A DNA stretch of 64,000 bases, from assembly GCA_041665305.1 (NCBI GenBank), contig JBAYJD010000002.1, positions 10,068-74,067 of the forward strand. The letters run 5' to 3'. The position numbers were made by a program, and so were the translations under genes. Below, in pieces: positions 42,101-48,100 of the stretch (positions are counted from its first letter, which is position 1; each line of letters begins with the position of its first letter). Source of the stretch: Elusimicrobiales bacterium. GTDB taxonomy: Bacteria; Elusimicrobiota; Elusimicrobia; Elusimicrobiales; UBA9959. The notes under the pieces are model-generated. The model worked only from the letters and a program-made list of their open reading frames with translations, ran no database searches and was not told where the DNA came from.

Positions 42101-45100
42101 AGTGTAGCCCGAACTCCACGGGAAAACGGAGGCGTCGAACGAGAATGTGCCGCTAGACTGGGACGGCGCGTAGGTGAAAGCGGCGGTGGACCAATAAAGT
42201 TCCGGATCGGAAGCGGATTCCCACCGGCGCGCGACGGCGTTCCAGTAAACATTCCCCACGGCCCGGTAGATCCTTATTTTCACGGCCTGGAACGGATCGG
42301 ACAGGTACATCTTCCGGTTATCCGAGGCGGTTCCGGAAACGGCCTGCACCGAATTCTGCGGCTGGGCCGCGGGCAAGGTTATAACGGATATGGGATTCGT
42401 CCTGTCTATGTAAAAGACCGCGGCGGAAGAATCAGGTCCCTGGTTGGCGCCCGTCTGAGTATTGTCCTTCGACCGCGCGCGCGCCGTATAAGTGTACGAA
42501 CTATGCCAGACGGTGTCCGCGAAGCTGTACGACCAGTTCACTGAAACCGCGCTGTAAGTGGAATCCGCCGTGAACCACTGCGAGGAACCGGCGCTCCAGC
42601 CGTTGACCGGGTCCCAGTACCAGTTGTTGCTGTCGCGCTGGAGCGAGATCTCAGAATTGCCTATGGGGATCACGCTGTACAGGTCGGTGGAATTGCCCTC
42701 TATTTTGGAAAGCGACCTGTAGACCGCGGTGTTCTGCGGCGTTGAGAAAGACGAAGAAGGGCCGCTGGTGTCGTATCTGAAGGTCCGAGAGGTATTCTGA
42801 GAAGCGTCCGCGTACCCGAGCACCGCGGGCAGGGCTTCGCTGTTGGAAGCCTTATCGTAGGCGCGGGTGCGCACATTGTAAACCTTGCCGTCAGTCCAGG
42901 CCGGCAGGGTCGAATAGGTCCAGGCGGAAGTGGAAGGCATCACGGCCGTATTAAAATATTCGTCCGTGACCCAGGTGCCGGAAGTAGACCACCAGTGCCA
43001 GTAATAGGTGGTGGCCTGGTTAAGATCGGCTATGGAGATCTCCGTCCGGTCCACGCCGGACAGATTGTCGCCGGCCGTGCCGCTCAGCTGGGTAAGGTCG
43101 TTGTAAGTAACCCCGTGCGCCGGAACGGTTATCCTTGAGGAAGGGTTAGTCTGGTCGAATGTCACGATCACGCCGTCAGTTTCGTCCGCGGCCGCGGTCT
43201 CCACATCGGCGCCGCCGTTATAGGCGCAAAGGCTCCTTATGCGGTAAACCTTGTTATTGGTCCAGGAGAAGCCCACCGTATAGGTGGCGCTATAAACCTT
43301 ATAATTGCCTCCGCCGAAACTTTCAAAGCCGCCCAGGGCCGCGTCGGTCCAGTCCTGTACCACCGTTGAGTCGGTTATATTCTCCACCCTAACCCTGGCC
43401 CAGGCCGGAGCGGCGGTCGAACCGCGGGAAAGTTTAAGATTGATCTCGGGAAGAGCGGTCAGATAAGAGCCGTGCGCCGGATTTGAAACATAGGAATAGG
43501 GCCAGACCCCTTTTTTCATGTAGATCGAGCGCCCGGCGCCGGCGGTTTCAGTCTTGGAAGCGGTCAGGGCCCTGGACCTTATCCGGCCTCTGAAATCTTC
43601 CGCGCCGGTGCCAAAGGCCGGCGGGAGGGCGTTTCCGGAGCAGACGAAATATTCTTTTCCGGAACAGGCGTTCCAGTAGCCGGTATCGCCGGACGCCCAG
43701 GAACCGTTCTCCCAGGTCCTGCCGGCCTGGTCGTATATATTGATCGCCACGGAAGTCACCGGCGTTTCGCCCCAGGCCTCGCCGTGCACAAATCCCAGCC
43801 TGTCGGTATAGGTGGTGTTGTCACCCGCCTGATAATCCCTCAGGTCCAGAAGCTGCGACTGCGGAACCGTGACATCGTACTGAAAAGTGGAAGTGGCAAG
43901 CGTCACATCGTAGTTGAGCGCCTTGTCGCGCGCGCGGGAGACGACCCGGTAATACCTGCCGCTGGTCAGTGTGGAAGGCGGCGCGAACGACCAGTTCCAG
44001 GCGTCGGTCCCGGACGACATGGTCCAGCCCGGGGTGACCCAGGTATTGGGCGTGGAGGTCCAGCCGGAACCTGTCCACCAGTTGTAATCCGCATCGTTAC
44101 CCGTACCCCTGTCTATGATCTGGAGCTGCACTAGATCCAGGCCCGTGCCGGGATACGGGTCCCTGGCCTGCCCGGTAAGATACTGCCATCTGCTTATTTT
44201 GGTCGCGTCCGCCGGGGTAAGCACCGCCGAAGTCGGGAGCTGCACGTCGTACTCGAAATAGTTCTCCACGGACGGGACCTGCTGGTTCAGCGCCGTATCT
44301 TTGGCCTTCACCTGCACCCTGAACCTGTGGCCGGAGCCGCCGTTGGAAAGAAGCGAAAAATTCGGCGTGGAATAGGTCCAGGACCGGCTCAGGTCCCCGG
44401 CTGAGCCCGCGAGGGTGACCGTGCGCCAGAGCGGCGTGCCGCTCTCCTGCCAGGCCGTGCCGTTCCAATAAGTGGTGGGCCATTGCAGCTCCCCGGCCGG
44501 ACCCAGCGCCCGGATCCAGACCTCGACCCCGCCGTTGGGAATGCCGCTTTTATCGTCGGTCGAAGTGCCCTGTATGGAGGCTATGGCATGGTTTGAATTA
44601 TTGTAATAGCCGTTGGCCGCCGGCAGCGAAACGCCGCTGGCGGGGTTCTGGGTGTCGATGGTGAAGGTAACGGTCGTTATAGCCGACTGCCACAACCCCA
44701 CATCGTCGCGCGACCTGGCGCTCAGCCTGTAGGAGGACGACTGCCAGTTGATGCCGCTGTAATAAAAATCGGCGGTTTTGACCGGAAGGTTCTGTAAATC
44801 CTGGGAACTGAACCAGACATCAAAACCGGGATCGTCCTCCCAAAAAGATCCGTTCCAGTACTTGGAACCGGTCGTATCTTTCAGACACAACTCCAGCTTA
44901 TCCAACCCCTGATTATCGGACGCGGTGCCGTAGATATTCCAGGAACCGGCGCTGTACACGCCGCCGTTGGCCGGGAAAGTGGCTATGGCCACGGGAGGCG
45001 TTCTATCGATGGTGAACGCCAGTTTGGGCGTGGAACCCGTATCCAGCGAATTGTTTTGCGCGTTCCCGGCTTTGTCGACCGCCTGCCAGCGGATCTCGTA

Positions 45101-48100
45101 GTTATAGTCGTTGATCAAGCCGGTGGAAAGATTTATGCTCCAGGCATGCTCCCACCTGTTCTGTCCGCCGTTCTCCGTACCGGCGTCAAGAACGGGATTG
45201 AGCGGCGTCTGTCCCCCCCATCCTGATCCGGTGAAGTATTTATCCAATTGCACATTGTAGAGGGACAGGTTGACCTTGTCCATGGAAGTGCCCACCGGGC
45301 TGTAACGGGAAGTATCCCAGGCCGTGCCGGTAATGGAAGAAAGTTCGAAAAGGACCGCCCCGTCGGTCATGCCGGTAACGGCGGCGGTGGGTTTGTCCAC
45401 ATCATACCAGAACTGCTGGGTCGCCACGGAACCCGTATTACCCGCCGGAAGGCTGGAATCCGTGCCGCGCACGCCCAGTTCATATTTCCTGCCGCCGACG
45501 AACGCGGCGGAAGAAATATTCATGCGCCAGGTTCCAGCCGAATAGATGCCGGTATTATAAACCACGGAGTCGGTCCAGGTCCTGGTGGTTTCGTTCCAGT
45601 AGGTCGCCCCGCGGGTCAGGTCCCTTAAACGCACCTCCACCAGCGCGGTGTCGGTATCTATGGTCCCCTGAGCGGTGGTCTGGAGGCCGAGCGGGGCGGA
45701 AAGATACCCAAGCGAAGCCGGCTCCGTTATGACCGCGACGGGCGCCACCCGGTCATAAGTGAACACGGCCGTCGAAAAAGCGGTTTCGTACCTGAGATAA
45801 TCCTTCGCCTGGATATTCACCTGGTACTGGGTGGGCGGCGAACCTACCCAGGCAAAAGCGTCGGTATAAGACCAGTTCGTGGTCCGCAGGGCCAGATCCG
45901 AACCCAGCTCTATCCAGGAGGAAGCCTCGTCGGCTGTAAAATCGTCGGCGGCGGCGTTCCAGTACAGCAGATCGGTGTTGCGCCTGATGCGCACGCGCAG
46001 GGAATCTATCCGGACATTATCGAACGCCGTACCGGAGACGACGGGCAGGGAGGAGTACCTGGACCCATCCGCGGGCGCGGTGCTCCTGGAGACCGGCGCG
46101 CTGGTGTCCCACCAGAAGGTCGCGGTGGAACGGCTGACCTCGGTATTGGGACCGGGGGTCGAGGTAATATCTATGCCGGCGGTGGTGAGGTAATAGGTGG
46201 TACCGTCGGTCATGTCGGCCGGGGCGGGCAGAAGGGTGGTTCTCGACCATAAAACATCCGTCCCTAGCGGCGGCTGAAGATCGTTGGGGCTGAACCACAA
46301 ATTCGGATTTGACGGTATGGGCCCCGGGGTCCAGCCGGCGGAGGTGTCCCAATATTTCTCATCGGAATTCCTCCACAGCACCCATCTGACGCTGTTGATG
46401 CCGCCCCGGCTGTTATCATGCGCCGTACCGCCTATCGCGGTAAGCGAATTTATCACGGCGTTGTTCACGGGAGCCGTAGACTGGGAGCTTGGAGCCGTGG
46501 TATCGTAATAAAACACCGTGGTGGACCAGTTAACGCTGTAACTCCCGGCGGCATCGACCACCCGCCCCCATATCGTATATCTGGAGTTGCTGCTCCAGCC
46601 GGGATTGGTGTAGGTCCAGTTTACCGTCGCCCCCTTGGCTCCGGAGGCGGGACCGGTGGACACCCATTTTGCGTAATTATATTCATCCCCCGTAGCGTAA
46701 ACAGCCCACCCGCCGGGGGTCCAGTACCTGTTATCCGCCCCCTCTTCTTTTATGAAGAGACTGACCCCGTTCTGCGGTATGAACTGGTTGTCCTGCGCCG
46801 TCCCGTATATGTTCCACGCGCCGGCGCCGTACCGGCCGCCGTCCACGGGGGAAGTGGACGCCATGGTCGGAGGGATCTTGTCTATTGTAAATGTCAGACT
46901 GGGGACGCCGGGGTTATCAAGAGAGCCGGTTTCTATATTTCCGGCTTTATCGGCGGCCAGCCAGCGTATTTCGTATGTATAATCGTTTATCCAACCCGTG
47001 GACGGGGTTATCGACCAGGTATGCTCCCACCTGTTCTGGCCCGCATTAAGGGCGCCCGCGTCAAGAGCGACATTAAGCGGCGTTTGCAAGCCCCAGCCGG
47101 AACCCGTAAAATACTGTCCTATCTGCGTGTTGAAGATTGAGATGTTGACATTACCGAGCGATGAACCCACCGGACCGTAGGAGGCGGTCTCCCATGCTGT
47201 ACCGGTAATGGAGGGAAGGCCGGACAAGATCGCGCCGTCCGTTATACCCGTAACGGCGGAAGTGGGTTTATCCACATCATACCAGAACCGCTGGGTGGCG
47301 CTATAGCCGACATTGGCGGAAGGAAGATCCTGGTCGGTGGCGCGCATATAGATCTCGTACTGCTTGCCGCTGACGAACGCGGCGGAGGAGATCTTCATGC
47401 GCCAGTAGCCGGGCGAATAGATCTGCGCCGTGTTCCAGACCGCCGCATTCGTCCATGATTGCGCCGTTTCGTCCCAATAGGTGGTTCCGCGGGTCAGATC
47501 CTGAAGACGCATCTCCACCAGCGCGGTATCGGCGTCGACAGTGCCCTGCATGGTGGTCTGAAGGCCCAACGGCGCCGTGATATATCCCAGCGAAGCCGGC
47601 ACGGTCACGACAGGCACCGGCACGGTGGTATCATAGGTGAAGGTAACAGTGGTATAACTAACCTCATAATGCGGGGCCGGCAGCGTCACCCTGTCTATGG
47701 CCCTGGATTGCATCTCATAACTCGCGCCGTCGCTCCATACGCCGGCGGGCATGATGAGCGCCCAGCCGGTGGTAACATTACCCAGCACCGTACCGTTTAG
47801 AACGCTCGTCCAGGCCGTATTGGCGTTCAGGGAATCGTCGAACTGCTGCGCGCTGTTGTTCCAGTAATAACCGTCGCTCAGCCGTTTTAACCTGAGATAG
47901 ACGGAATTAACGCCGGAAGTCTGGTCCCAGGCCGTGCCGTTAATGGTGGGTATGGAGTTGTAGCGGGCGCCGTTAGCGGGCATGGTGGCGACGCTTATCG
48001 GCGCGGCCCTGTCGCAGATCGCGGTATTTGTGGAATATACCGCCTCAAAATTTTCGTGCGGATACAGCGTATAGTCGCTGGCCTTACCGTAAAAAGCGTA

